DNA of 64,000 nt from Pseudomonadota bacterium (GTDB lineage Bacteria; Pseudomonadota; Alphaproteobacteria; Caulobacterales; Caulobacteraceae). The DNA lies in assembly GCA_023434265.1 (NCBI GenBank), contig JAEYTA010000202.1:11634-75633 (forward strand). The letters run 5' to 3'. This document shows positions 1-9,556 of this stretch, one piece after another. Numbering within the stretch: position 1 is the first letter of the stretch; each line of letters begins with the position of its first letter. The position numbers were made by a program, and so were the translations under genes. Below the pieces are notes generated by a model. It worked only from the letters and a program-made list of their open reading frames with translations. It ran no database searches and was not told the origin of the DNA.

Positions 1-1173
1 GCCCTGATCGCGGCCGAGCCGGGGGTCGAGGACGCGGTCGAGCGGCGCGACGGCGTGGCCACCATCGTCAAGACGCGGTTCGTGGCCAACGGCCAGCAGC
101 TGCTGCGTCTGGACGAGGAGACGGCGGCGCTTATGGGCGAGGGAAGCGAAGCGTTTTCCGGCGCTTCCGTCATTCTCCTGTCGGACTACGCCAAGGGCGT
201 GGTCAGCGATCTGCTGATCGGCGAGGCGCTGGCGGCGGCACAGGAGGGCGGCGCGCCCGTGGTGGTCGACCCCAAGGGGCGGGACTTCGCCCGCTACGGC
301 GCGGTCGACCTGATCAAGCCCAACGCCAGCGAACTGGCGGCGGCCACGGGCCTGCAGGTGGACAGCGACGCCGAGGTCGAGGCGGCGCTGAAGGCGCTGC
401 TGGCGGCGACGACGGCGAAGGCGATCGTGGTCACCCGCGCCGGCAAGGGCATGAGCCTGATGCGCCGCGGTGGGCCGGTGCAGCATTTCCCCGGCCGGGC
501 GCGCGAGGTGTTCGACGTCTCGGGCGCCGGCGACACCGGTCTGGCGGCGCTGGGGCTGGCGCTGGGCGCCGGGGCGTCGCTGGAGACGGCGGTGGAGTTC
601 GCCATCCTCGCCTCGGGCGTGGTGGTCGGCAAGGCCGGCACGGCCGTGGTCACGCCGGCGGAACTGATCGACGCCGAGATGAGCCAACATGCGGCCGGGG
701 CCCACGCCAAGGTCATGCCGCTGGAGGAGCTGGCGCATGTGGTCGAGGGCTGGAAGCGGCAGGGGCTGAAGGTCGGCTTCACCAACGGCTGCTTCGACAT
801 CCTGCATCGCGGCCACGTGGCCTATCTGGCCCAGGCGCGGTCGTGGTGCGACCGGCTGGTGGTGGCGCTGAACACCGACGCCTCGGTGCGACGGCTGAAG
901 GGCGAGGGGCGGCCGATCAACGATCTGGACAGCCGGGCCGTGGTCATCGGCGGGCTGCAGAGCGTCGACCGGGTGACCAGCTTCGACGATCCGACGCCGC
1001 TGGCCCTGATCGAGCGGCTGCGGCCCGACGTGCTGATCAAGGGGGCGGACTACACCCGGGAGGGGGTGGTCGGCGGCGACCTGGTGGAGAGCTGGGGCGG
1101 CGAGGTGCGGCTGGCGACCTTCGAGGACGGCTTCTCGACCACCCGCACCATCGAGAAGATGAAGGACAGCTGA
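1..1173 (+). CDS. hldE: Bifunctional D-beta-D-heptose 7-phosphate kinase / D-beta-D-heptose 1-phosphate adenylyltransferase; 5' end lies outside the window
   Basis: Frame 1 is open from nt 1, so the ORF-track start at 55 is internal. The C-terminal part of a ribokinase-like domain (DVSGAGDTGLAAL) is followed by a cytidylyltransferase domain (GFTNGCFDILHRGHVAYL). TGATG junction with the next gene. Confidence 0.9.
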   Translation, partial: ALIAAEPGVEDAVERRDGVATIVKTRFVANGQQLLRLDEETAALMGEGSEAFSGASVILLSDYAKGVVSDLLIGEALAAAQEGGAPVVVDPKGRDFARYGAVDLIKPNASELAAATGLQVDSDAEVEAALKALLAATTAKAIVVTRAGKGMSLMRRGGPVQHFPGRAREVFDVSGAGDTGLAALGLALGAGASLETAVEFAILASGVVVGKAGTAVVTPAELIDAEMSQHAAGAHAKVMPLEELAHVVEGWKRQGLKVGFTNGCFDILHRGHVAYLAQARSWCDRLVVALNTDASVRRLKGEGRPINDLDSRAVVIGGLQSVDRVTSFDDPTPLALIERLRPDVLIKGADYTREGVVGGDLVESWGGEVRLATFEDGFSTTRTIEKMKDS

Positions 1174-2174
1174 TGGCGCGTCGGATGATCGTGGTGACCG
1201 GCGGGGCGGGCTTCATCGGCTCCAACATCGTGGCGCGGCTGTGCGCCGAGGACACGGCCGACGTGGTGGTCTGCGACCGTCTGGAGGACGCGGCGTCCGG
1301 CAAGTGGAAGAACATCGCCAAGCACGGCATCGCCGACTTCTGGCAGCCGGAGGAGATGTTCGAGCGGCTGGAGCGGCATGCGGAGCGGGTCGAGGCCGTG
1401 GTCCACATGGGGGCGATCTCGTCGACGACGGAGCCGGACGCGGACCTGATCCTGCGCACCAATTTCAGCCTGTCGCGCGACCTGTGGGACTGGTGCGCCC
1501 TGCGCGACGCGCGGCTGGTCTACGCCTCTTCGGCAGCCACCTATGGCGACGGCGAGAAAGGGTTCGGGGATGCCGACGATCTGGAGTCGCTGTCTCAACT
1601 CAGGCCGCTAAACGCCTACGGCTACTCGAAATACCTGTTCGACCAGTATGCGGCGAAACAGGCCGACGAGGGGCATGCGCCGCGCCAGTGGGCGGGGCTG
1701 AAGTTCTTCAACGTCTACGGGCCGAACGAATACCACAAGGGCGGCATGAAGTCGGTCGTGGCGCAGATCTGGCCGAAGGTGGCGGCGGGCGAGACGGTGA
1801 CCCTGTTCCGCTCGCACAACCCGAACTATCCGGACGGCGGCCAGCTGCGCGACTTCGTCTTCGTCGACGACGTGGTCGACATCGTCGACTGGCTGCTGGA
1901 GACGCCGGCGGTGTCGGGGGTGTTCAACGCCGGCTCGGGGCGGGCCCGGTCGTTCCTGGACCTCGCCAACGCCACCTTCGCGGCGGCGGGCAAGACTCCG
2001 CAGGTCGAATACGTCGATACCCCGGAGAGCATTCGCGACAAGTACCAGTACTTCACCGAGGCGCGCATGGAGCGGGTGCGGGCGGCGGGCTATCCGGGCC
2101 AGTCGACGCCGCTGGAGGAGGGGGTCCGGCGCTATGTGCAGGACTTCCTGATGCAGGCGGACCCCTACCGGTGA
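1173..2174 (+). CDS. hldD: ADP-L-glycero-D-manno-heptose 6-epimerase
   Basis: Internal ATG of ORF 843..2174 at the TGATG junction. N-terminus MARRMIVVTGGAGFIGSNIV is a Rossmann fold; SDR catalytic YGYSKYLFD; classic hldE-hldD pairing. Confidence 0.9.
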   Translation: MARRMIVVTGGAGFIGSNIVARLCAEDTADVVVCDRLEDAASGKWKNIAKHGIADFWQPEEMFERLERHAERVEAVVHMGAISSTTEPDADLILRTNFSLSRDLWDWCALRDARLVYASSAATYGDGEKGFGDADDLESLSQLRPLNAYGYSKYLFDQYAAKQADEGHAPRQWAGLKFFNVYGPNEYHKGGMKSVVAQIWPKVAAGETVTLFRSHNPNYPDGGQLRDFVFVDDVVDIVDWLLETPAVSGVFNAGSGRARSFLDLANATFAAAGKTPQVEYVDTPESIRDKYQYFTEARMERVRAAGYPGQSTPLEEGVRRYVQDFLMQADPYR

Positions 2175-3268
2175 GGTTGCCGCGGCTGACCCCGAGGCAG
2201 TGGATCGGCTGGTCCGGCTTCGCCCTGGTGTTCCTGCTGACCGCCGCCACGGCGGTTTGGCGCGGCGACATCCTGCGCGCCGGACTGGATCCGCAGGTGC
2301 CCTTCCAGACCTATGCGCCGCCGCCCGCGCCGGACTACACCAGGCCGTCGGCGTGGGTGCTGCGCGACGCGCGGGCGCCGGGCGCGGGCGAGGCGGCGGT
2401 GTTCTTCGTGCACTCGACCACCTACGAGGGCGGGCCGCACTGGAACGGGCCGGTGGGCACGCCGAACGGCGAGGACTGGCTGCGGCGGGTGGTGATCCCG
2501 AACTACGCCGGGCCGTTCGCGCGGGCCGGATCGGTCAGCGCGCCGCGCTACCGCCAGGCCAGCCTCTACACCCGGCTGACGCTGCGCGAGGACGCCCGCG
2601 ACGCCCGCGCCTTCGCCTACCGGGACGTCGAGGCGGCCTTCGCGGCGTGGCTGACGCGGCATCCGGAGGGGCCGCTGGTGCTGGCCGGGGTCGAGCAGGG
2701 CGGCGAGCTGGTCGAGCGGCTGGTCCGCGAGCGGGTGGCGACCGACCCGGCGCTGAGAAGCCGGCTGGCCGCAGTCTATCTGATGGATGTGGTCGTCGCC
2801 GCGGACGGCCTGTCGCCGGCGGTCCCGGCCTGCCGGCGGCGCGACGAAGCCGGTTGCGTGGTGGCCTTCTCGCCGGTCGGCGAGGGCAACGACGGCGCGG
2901 CGCGGCGGCGGCTGCGGCGGGCGCTGGTGTGGGACGAGCGAGGCCGGCTGGTGGAGCTGGAGGATCGGCTGGCGCTGTGCGTCAACCCGGTCACGGGCTC
3001 GACCGACACGGCCCCGGTCGAGGCGCGGGCGCACCGGGGGGCGACCAACGCCACCGGCCTGGAATGGGGCGCGCACCCGGCCCTGATGGCCCGCGAGGTG
3101 GCGACCCGCTGCCGCGACGGTCTGCTCCGTCACAGCGAGCCCGGTTCGGAGTCCTTCCGCGCGGGCGGGAGCTGGGCGGATCGGAGAAAGTCCCGGCCGT
3201 ACAACCTGTTCTACGGCGACCTTGAAGCCGATGTGCAGACGCGGCTGGGGGCGTGGCGGAGCCGGTGA
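2171..3268 (+). CDS. DUF3089-like alpha/beta-hydrolase-fold protein with N-terminal membrane anchor
   Basis: GTG at 2171 overlaps the hldD stop (GTGA). N-terminal TM segment WIGWSGFALVFLLTAATAVW. Motifs FFVHSTTY, SAPRYRQASLY and VLAGVEQGG resemble the DUF3089 family as I recall it. Strong third-position GC in this frame. Confidence 0.6.
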   Translation: MRLPRLTPRQWIGWSGFALVFLLTAATAVWRGDILRAGLDPQVPFQTYAPPPAPDYTRPSAWVLRDARAPGAGEAAVFFVHSTTYEGGPHWNGPVGTPNGEDWLRRVVIPNYAGPFARAGSVSAPRYRQASLYTRLTLREDARDARAFAYRDVEAAFAAWLTRHPEGPLVLAGVEQGGELVERLVRERVATDPALRSRLAAVYLMDVVVAADGLSPAVPACRRRDEAGCVVAFSPVGEGNDGAARRRLRRALVWDERGRLVELEDRLALCVNPVTGSTDTAPVEARAHRGATNATGLEWGAHPALMAREVATRCRDGLLRHSEPGSESFRAGGSWADRRKSRPYNLFYGDLEADVQTRLGAWRSR

Positions 3269-3298
3269 GCGGTCCGGTTCGGCAACGCGAGGTGTTGG

Positions 3299-3511
3299 TC
3301 AGCCAGCCCCTCGGTCCCGGCGGGTCCACAGTCCCCAAGCCACCCGGCCGAGGTTCAGAAGACCGGCGACCGCGACCGCCGCCCACAGCACGGTCGGCGT
3401 CTCCCCGGCAATCTCCCGTATAGGGTCGAAGCGGAACGCAAGCCAGAAGACCGCGGCGAAGGCGATCACGCTGCCCAAGATCTTCAGTGAATCCCGCAGG
3501 TCCTGGCTCAT
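3299..3511 (-). CDS. Small two-TM membrane protein, hypothetical
   Basis: 70-aa ORF with two hydrophobic helices (ILGSVIAFAAVFWLAF, VLWAAVAVAGLLNL). It fills the gap downstream of recG. No family recognised. Confidence 0.45.
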   Translation of the reverse strand: MSQDLRDSLKILGSVIAFAAVFWLAFRFDPIREIAGETPTVLWAAVAVAGLLNLGRVAWGLWTRRDRGAG

Positions 3512-3564
3512 TCTGGAAGCATAGCCGTTCCCTGCCGACGATCAACGTTCAGCCGATCACCACG

Positions 3565-5652
3565 CTAGTCGATCCCCGGACGGTCGTTGCGCCAGTCGAA
3601 CAGGGCCTCCAGCACCCTGACCGCCTCGCCGCGGGGCGTGGTCAGGTCCGGGTCGCGCCCGAGCACGAGTCGAGCGTCGTCGGCGGCGGCGAGCAGCAGC
3701 TCCCGGTGGCGGATGGGGTCGGCGAAGCGGTAGGCGGGGAAGCCGCTCTGCTTCAGACCCAGCGGGTCGCCGCCGCCGCGCAGGCGGAAGTCCTCCTCCG
3801 CGATCTCGAAGCCGTCCTCGGTGCGGCGCAGGGTCTCGAGGCGGATGCGGGCGGTCTCGCCGAGGCCCTCGTCGCCGCCGCCGTAGAGCAGCAGGCAGGT
3901 GCTGGCGGCGGTCCCCCGGCCGACCCGGCCGCGCAGCTGATGCAGCTGGGCGAGGCCGAAGCGGTCGGCGTGCTCGACGACCATGATCGAGGCGTTGGGG
4001 ACGTCGACGCCGACCTCGACCACGGTCGTGGCGACCAGCAGGGGGGTGCGGCCGTCGGCGAAGTCGGCCATCACCGCCTCGCGCTCGGGCCCCGGCATCT
4101 GGCCGTGGGCGAGGCCGACCTCGACGCCGAGAATGCGGCGCAAGTCGGCGGCGCGGGCCTCGGCGGCGGCGAGGTCGGAGGCCTCGCTCTCGGCGACCAG
4201 CGGGCAGATCCAGTAGGCCTGGGCGCCGCCGTCCAATACCGCCTTGAGGCGTCTGGCGACCTCGCCGATGCGCGCCAGCGGCAGGACGGCCGTGGTCACG
4301 GGCGTGCGGCCCGGCGGCTTCTCGGTCAGGCGCGAGACCTCGAGCTCGCCGTACTGGGTCAGTTCGAGCGTGCGCGGGATGGGGGTGGCCGACATGGTCA
4401 GCAGGTGGACGCCGCCGGTGCGCGGGTCGCCCTTGGCCTGCAGCCGCTGGCGCTCGTTGACGCCGAAGCGGTGCTGCTCGTCGATGACCGCCAGGCCCAG
4501 CCGGTCGAAGCGGACGGCGTCCTGGAACAGGGCGTGGGTGCCGATGGCGACCTTCGCCTCGCCGGAGGCCAGGGCGGCGAGCCGCGGGCGGCGCTCGGCG
4601 GGGGTGTCGCGGCCGGTGAGCAGGACGGTCGGCACGCCGGCGGCTTCGAGCATGGGCGAGAGGCGCTGGAAATGCTGGCGGGCGAGGATTTCGGTGGGAG
4701 CCATGAGCGCCGCCTGGAAGCCGGAGGCGGCGGCGTCGGCCAGGGCCAGGGCGGCGACGGCCGTCTTGCCCGAGCCGACGTCCCCCTGCAGCAGCCGGCC
4801 CATCTGTTCGCCCGAGGCGAGGTCGCGGCGGATTTCTTCGACGGCCCGGGCCTGGGCGCCGGTGAGGGCGAAGGGCAGGGCGGCGAGGAGGCGTTCCGAC
4901 GGCTCGCCGGGGCGGATCACCGGCGCGGGGGTGATCTGGCGGGCGCGACGGCGACGGGCCAGGGCCAGCTGATGGGCGAACAGCTCGTCCCAGGCGAGGC
5001 GCTGGCGGGCGGGGGCGTCGGGCTCGAGGTCGGGCTCGCCGGCGGGGGCGTGCAACTGACCCAGGGCGGCGCGCCAGCCGGGCCAGCGACGTCTGGCCAG
5101 CCAGGCGGGATCCTGCCATTCGGGCAGGTCCGGGGCGTGGGGCAGGGCGGTCTGGACCAGCTTGCGCACCTGCCGCGACGACAGGCCCTGGGTGGCGGGG
5201 TAGACCGGCTCGACGGCGGCGATGTCGCCGGCCTCCTCGGGGCGGAACACGTCGGGGTGGATGATCTGCACCTCGTTGTTGAAGCGCTCGACCTTGCCGG
5301 AGACGATGCGCTTCTGGCCCTTGGGCAGCAGGCGCTCGATGTGCTGGGCCGAGCCGCCGAACCAGATCAGATGGACGAAGCCGGTGTCGTCGGAGGCGCG
5401 CACCTTGATCGGGGCGCCGGGCTTGTGCGGCACGATCAGGCGGTCGACCAGCACCTCGAACTGGCCGGTCAGGCCCTCGACGGCGTCGGCGGCGGTCATG
5501 GCCCGGCGCACGACCACGCCCGAGGGGGCGAGGAACAACAGGTCGCGGACCAGCGGCCCGGCCAGTTTCTGGACGAGCGGCAGCACGCGCGGGCCGACGC
5601 CCTTCAGCGTCTCGACGCCGGCGAACAGCGGAAAGAGAATCTGCGGCCGCAT
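3565..5652 (-). CDS. recG: ATP-dependent DNA helicase RecG
   Basis: Wedge domain plus SF2 helicase: LLQGDVGSGKTAVA (Walker A), VIDEQHRFG (DEQH box), TATPIPRTL, QLHQLRGRVGRG. Start placed at MRPQILFPLFAG (ATG 5650-5652); the ORF track extends to 5778. Confidence 0.95.
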   Translation of the reverse strand: MRPQILFPLFAGVETLKGVGPRVLPLVQKLAGPLVRDLLFLAPSGVVVRRAMTAADAVEGLTGQFEVLVDRLIVPHKPGAPIKVRASDDTGFVHLIWFGGSAQHIERLLPKGQKRIVSGKVERFNNEVQIIHPDVFRPEEAGDIAAVEPVYPATQGLSSRQVRKLVQTALPHAPDLPEWQDPAWLARRRWPGWRAALGQLHAPAGEPDLEPDAPARQRLAWDELFAHQLALARRRRARQITPAPVIRPGEPSERLLAALPFALTGAQARAVEEIRRDLASGEQMGRLLQGDVGSGKTAVAALALADAAASGFQAALMAPTEILARQHFQRLSPMLEAAGVPTVLLTGRDTPAERRPRLAALASGEAKVAIGTHALFQDAVRFDRLGLAVIDEQHRFGVNERQRLQAKGDPRTGGVHLLTMSATPIPRTLELTQYGELEVSRLTEKPPGRTPVTTAVLPLARIGEVARRLKAVLDGGAQAYWICPLVAESEASDLAAAEARAADLRRILGVEVGLAHGQMPGPEREAVMADFADGRTPLLVATTVVEVGVDVPNASIMVVEHADRFGLAQLHQLRGRVGRGTAASTCLLLYGGGDEGLGETARIRLETLRRTEDGFEIAEEDFRLRGGGDPLGLKQSGFPAYRFADPIRHRELLLAAADDARLVLGRDPDLTTPRGEAVRVLEALFDWRNDRPGID

Positions 5653-5786
5653 ACGGCGCAGCATAGCTGGCGAAACGGCCGCTGGAACGCTATCTGCGGC
5701 GCGACATTGAAGTGCGCTAACGCTCGCCGCGCGGCGGCTCGCTGCTCGAGCGCGCTTTTGACCTGATCCGACGGGCAAGGATTCTT

Positions 5787-6104
5787 GTGGCCGATACGAA
5801 CGCGCGTGCGAACGAGACCCGACAGGCCCGGCTGGGTCGCATCGTCTTCCGGGCGTGGCGGCGCGGCTTCCGCGAGGCCGACCTGGTGCTGGGACCGTTC
5901 GCCGAACAGGTCGGGCCCACGCTCGACGACGCGGAACTGGACGCCTTCGAGGCCCTGCTGATGCAGGACGACGACCACGCTCTCTACGCCTGGATCATCC
6001 AGACCGCCCCCACACCCCCGGAGCACGACGGGCCCGTGATGCAGAAGATCCGCGCCTTCATGGCCGAACACGTCGCCGCCGAGGTGGCGAAGGGGGCCGG
6101 CTGA
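5787..6104 (+). CDS. sdhE: FAD assembly factor SdhE (succinate dehydrogenase assembly factor 2 family)
   Basis: 105 aa with the family RGxxE motif (WRRGFREADLVLGPF) and DDHALYAWI. Sits between recG and mfd, as is typical in alphaproteobacteria. Confidence 0.8.
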   Translation: MADTNARANETRQARLGRIVFRAWRRGFREADLVLGPFAEQVGPTLDDAELDAFEALLMQDDDHALYAWIIQTAPTPPEHDGPVMQKIRAFMAEHVAAEVAKGAG

Positions 6105-9100
6105 TGGATGGTTCGACGCCGAAGCGGGACGATCGCACTCTGGGCGGCGCGCCGGAGGGGCTGGACGCCCTGACGGTGGCCGGGCGGCTGAAGGCGGACG
6201 GCGGCGTCGGCCTGTTCGTGGCCCGGGACTTCGCGCGCATGGGCGAGTTCGTCCAGGCCTTCCGCTTCTTCGCCGGCGACATGGAGGTGCTGGAGTTTCC
6301 GGCGTGGGACTGCCTGCCCTACGACCGTCTGAGCCCGACCTCCTCGGTCTCGGCGCAGCGCATGGCGGCCCTGACCGCCCTGGCGCGACGGGAAGCCGGC
6401 GACAGCCGTCCGTTGCTGGTGGTCGCCACGGTCAGCGCCGCCATGCAGCGCACCCCGCCGCGCGAGGTGACCTGCGGCGCGGGCTTCGAGACCACGGTCG
6501 GGCTGGACCTCGATACGGCGGCGCTGGAGCGGTATTTCGCGGCCAACGGCTACATGCGCGCCTCGACGGTGTCGGAGCGGGGCGAGTTCGCGGTGCGCGG
6601 CGGGGTGGTCGACGTCTTCCCGCCGGGCTTCGAGGAGCCGGTGCGGCTCGACATGTTCGGCTCGGAGCTGGAGTCGATCCGCACCTTCGACCCGGGCACC
6701 CAGCGCTCGACCGGCCAGCTGACCACGGTCTCGCTGGCCCCGGTGTCCGAGGCGCTGCTGGACGCCGAGAGCATCTCCCGCTTCCGCACCGGCTATCTGA
6801 ACCTGTTCGGGGCGCCGGGCGACGACCCGATGTACGCGGCGGTCAGCGAGGGCGCGCGGCGGCAGGGCATGGAGCACTGGCTGCCGCTGCTCTACGCCCG
6901 GCTGGAGACGCTGTTCGACTACCTGCCCGAGGACGCGAAGGTCTTCCTCGACAACCAGGCCGACGCGGCGCGGGCCGAGCGCTGGAGCCTGACCGCGGAC
7001 GCCTTCGAGGCGCGGCGCGAGGCGGCGCAGGGCAAGGGCGGGACCGCCTATCGCGCCTTGCCGCCGGAGCGGCTGTACCTGCCCGAGGCGGACTGGAATT
7101 CGACCCTGGCCGGTCGCGACGTCCGCCGCTTCTCGCCCTTCCACGGCGAGGGCGAGGACGCCGGCGGGCGGCTGGGTCGCACCTTCGCCGCCGAGCGGGC
7201 GCAGGACAGCGTGAACCTGTTCGAGGCGGTGGCGCGCCACGCCGAGGCGGTGAAGGCGGGCGGGCGGCGGGTGCTGTTCGCCTCGTGGACCGAGGGCTCG
7301 TCCGACCGGCTGGCCTCGATGCTGGCCGACCACGGGCTGGAGCACGTGGTGGCGGTGCGCGACTGGGCCGATGTGCAGGCGGCCCCGGAAGGGCTGTTCC
7401 TGCGCGGCGTTCTGCCGGTGGAGCACGGCTTCGAGACCGACGACATCGCGGTCATCTCCGAGACCGACATCCTCGGCGACCGGCTGGCGCGACCGCGGAA
7501 GAAGCGACGGGCGTCGAACTTCCTCGCCGAGGCCTCGGCCCTCACCACCGGCGACCTGGTGGTCCACCTCGATCATGGCATCGGCCGCTACGAGGGGCTG
7601 AAGACGCTGGAGATCCAGGAGGCGCCGCACGACTGCCTTGAGCTGCTCTACGCCGGCGACAGCAAGCTGTACCTGCCGGTCGAGAACATCGACCTGCTGA
7701 CCCGCTACGGGACCGACGCCGAGGGGGTGCAGCTGGACCGGCTGGGCGGGGCGGCGTGGCAGTCGAGAAAGGCCAGGGCCAAGGAACGCCTCCGCGCGAT
7801 GGCCGAGGGGCTGATCGCCCTGGCCGCCAAGCGGGCGCTGCGCCGGACCGACGCGGTGGAGCCGCCGCACGGCCTGTTCGACGAGTTCTGCGCCCGCTTC
7901 CCCTACGAGGAGACGGACGACCAGCTGAACGCCATCGCCGACGTGCTGGAGGATCTCGGCAAGGGCACGCCGATGGACCGGCTGATCTGCGGCGACGTCG
8001 GCTTCGGCAAGACCGAGGTGGCGCTGCGAGCGGCCTTCGTGGTGGCGATGAGCGGCCAGCAGGTGGCGGTGGTCTGCCCGACCACCCTTCTGGCGCGGCA
8101 GCACTTCAAGACCTTCAGCGAGCGCTTCGCCGGCTGGCCGGTCAAGGTGCGTCACCTGTCGCGCATGGTGACGGCGAAGGAGGCGGCGGAGACACGCGCG
8201 GGGCTGAAGGACGGCTCGTTCGAGATCGTCGTCGGCACGCATGCGGTGCTGAGCGAGCAGGTCGGGTTCAAGGACCTCGGCCTGGTGATCGTCGACGAGG
8301 AGCAGCACTTCGGGGTCAAGCACAAGGAGAAGCTGAAGACCCTGCGCGCCGACGTGCACCTGCTCACCCTGACGGCGACGCCGATCCCGCGCACCCTGCA
8401 GATGGCGCTGTCGGGCATCCGCGAGATGTCGATCATCGCCACGCCGCCGGTGGATCGACTGGCGGTACGGACCTACGTCACCCCGTGGGACCCGGTGCTG
8501 GTGCGCGAGGCCCTGCTGCGGGAGAAGTACCGCGGCGGCCAGGCCTATTATGTCGCGCCGCGGCTGAAGGACTTGCCGGACATCGAGCGCTTCCTGCGCG
8601 AGCAGGTCCCCGAGGTGAAGTTCGTCGTCGGCCACGGGCAGATGAGCCCGACCCAGCTGGAAGACGTGATGAGCGCCTTCTACGATGGCCAGTACGACGT
8701 GCTGGTGTCGACCACGATCGTGGAGAGCGGCCTCGACATCCCCACCGCCAACACCCTGATCGTACACCGCGCCGACATGTTCGGCCTGGCCCAGCTGTAC
8801 CAGATCCGCGGCCGGGTCGGCCGGGCCAAGGCGCGGGCCTTCGCCTACCTGACCACGCCGCCGGAGAAGCCGATGAGCCTGTCGGCCGAGCGGCGGCTGC
8901 AGGTGCTGCAGTCGCTCGACAACCTCGGGGCCGGCTTCCAGCTGGCCAGCCACGACCTCGACCAGCGCGGCGGCGGCAACCTGCTGGGCGACGAGCAGTC
9001 GGGCCACATCCGCGAGGTGGGCGTGGAGCTGTACCAGCAGATGCTGGAGGACGCCGTCGCCAGCCTGAAGGCGGAAGGCGAGGGGGCCGAGGTTGACCGC

Positions 9101-9556
9101 GGCTGGTCTCCGGCGATCAACGTCGGCGCGGCGGTATTGATTCCAGAGGATTACGTCCCGGACCTCAACGTCCGTCTTAGCCTCTACCGGCGACTTTCGG
9201 ACGCGGAGAACTCGGAGAGCCGCGAGGCGCTGGCGGCGGAGCTGATCGACCGCTTCGGGCCGCTGCCGGACGAGGCGAAGCAGCTGCTGCGGATCGTTGG
9301 CATCAAGGCCAACTGCAAGACGGCCTGCATCGAACGCATCGACGTCGGGCCCAAGGGCGCCGTGCTGACCCTGCGCGACAACACCTTCCCGAACCCGATG
9401 GGCCTGGTCGGCCTGATCCAGAAGAACCATGCGTTCTGGAAGATCCGCTCGGACCAGAAGATCGTGGTCAAGGGCGACTGGGACACGCCGGAAGACCGGC
9501 TGAAGGTGGCCGAGCGCATCACCGCCGATCTGGCGCGGGTGGCGGGGGCCGCCTAG
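6104..9556 (+). CDS. mfd: Transcription-repair coupling factor Mfd
   Basis: ATG at 6104 overlaps the sdhE stop. About 1150 aa with a UvrB-homology N-terminus, CarD-like domain (GDLVVHLDHGIGRYEGL), helicase motifs GDVGFGKTEVA, VDEEQHFG, TATPIPRTL, and a TRG motif. Confidence 0.97.
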   Translation: MDGSTPKRDDRTLGGAPEGLDALTVAGRLKADGGVGLFVARDFARMGEFVQAFRFFAGDMEVLEFPAWDCLPYDRLSPTSSVSAQRMAALTALARREAGDSRPLLVVATVSAAMQRTPPREVTCGAGFETTVGLDLDTAALERYFAANGYMRASTVSERGEFAVRGGVVDVFPPGFEEPVRLDMFGSELESIRTFDPGTQRSTGQLTTVSLAPVSEALLDAESISRFRTGYLNLFGAPGDDPMYAAVSEGARRQGMEHWLPLLYARLETLFDYLPEDAKVFLDNQADAARAERWSLTADAFEARREAAQGKGGTAYRALPPERLYLPEADWNSTLAGRDVRRFSPFHGEGEDAGGRLGRTFAAERAQDSVNLFEAVARHAEAVKAGGRRVLFASWTEGSSDRLASMLADHGLEHVVAVRDWADVQAAPEGLFLRGVLPVEHGFETDDIAVISETDILGDRLARPRKKRRASNFLAEASALTTGDLVVHLDHGIGRYEGLKTLEIQEAPHDCLELLYAGDSKLYLPVENIDLLTRYGTDAEGVQLDRLGGAAWQSRKARAKERLRAMAEGLIALAAKRALRRTDAVEPPHGLFDEFCARFPYEETDDQLNAIADVLEDLGKGTPMDRLICGDVGFGKTEVALRAAFVVAMSGQQVAVVCPTTLLARQHFKTFSERFAGWPVKVRHLSRMVTAKEAAETRAGLKDGSFEIVVGTHAVLSEQVGFKDLGLVIVDEEQHFGVKHKEKLKTLRADVHLLTLTATPIPRTLQMALSGIREMSIIATPPVDRLAVRTYVTPWDPVLVREALLREKYRGGQAYYVAPRLKDLPDIERFLREQVPEVKFVVGHGQMSPTQLEDVMSAFYDGQYDVLVSTTIVESGLDIPTANTLIVHRADMFGLAQLYQIRGRVGRAKARAFAYLTTPPEKPMSLSAERRLQVLQSLDNLGAGFQLASHDLDQRGGGNLLGDEQSGHIREVGVELYQQMLEDAVASLKAEGEGAEVDRGWSPAINVGAAVLIPEDYVPDLNVRLSLYRRLSDAENSESREALAAELIDRFGPLPDEAKQLLRIVGIKANCKTACIERIDVGPKGAVLTLRDNTFPNPMGLVGLIQKNHAFWKIRSDQKIVVKGDWDTPEDRLKVAERITADLARVAGAA

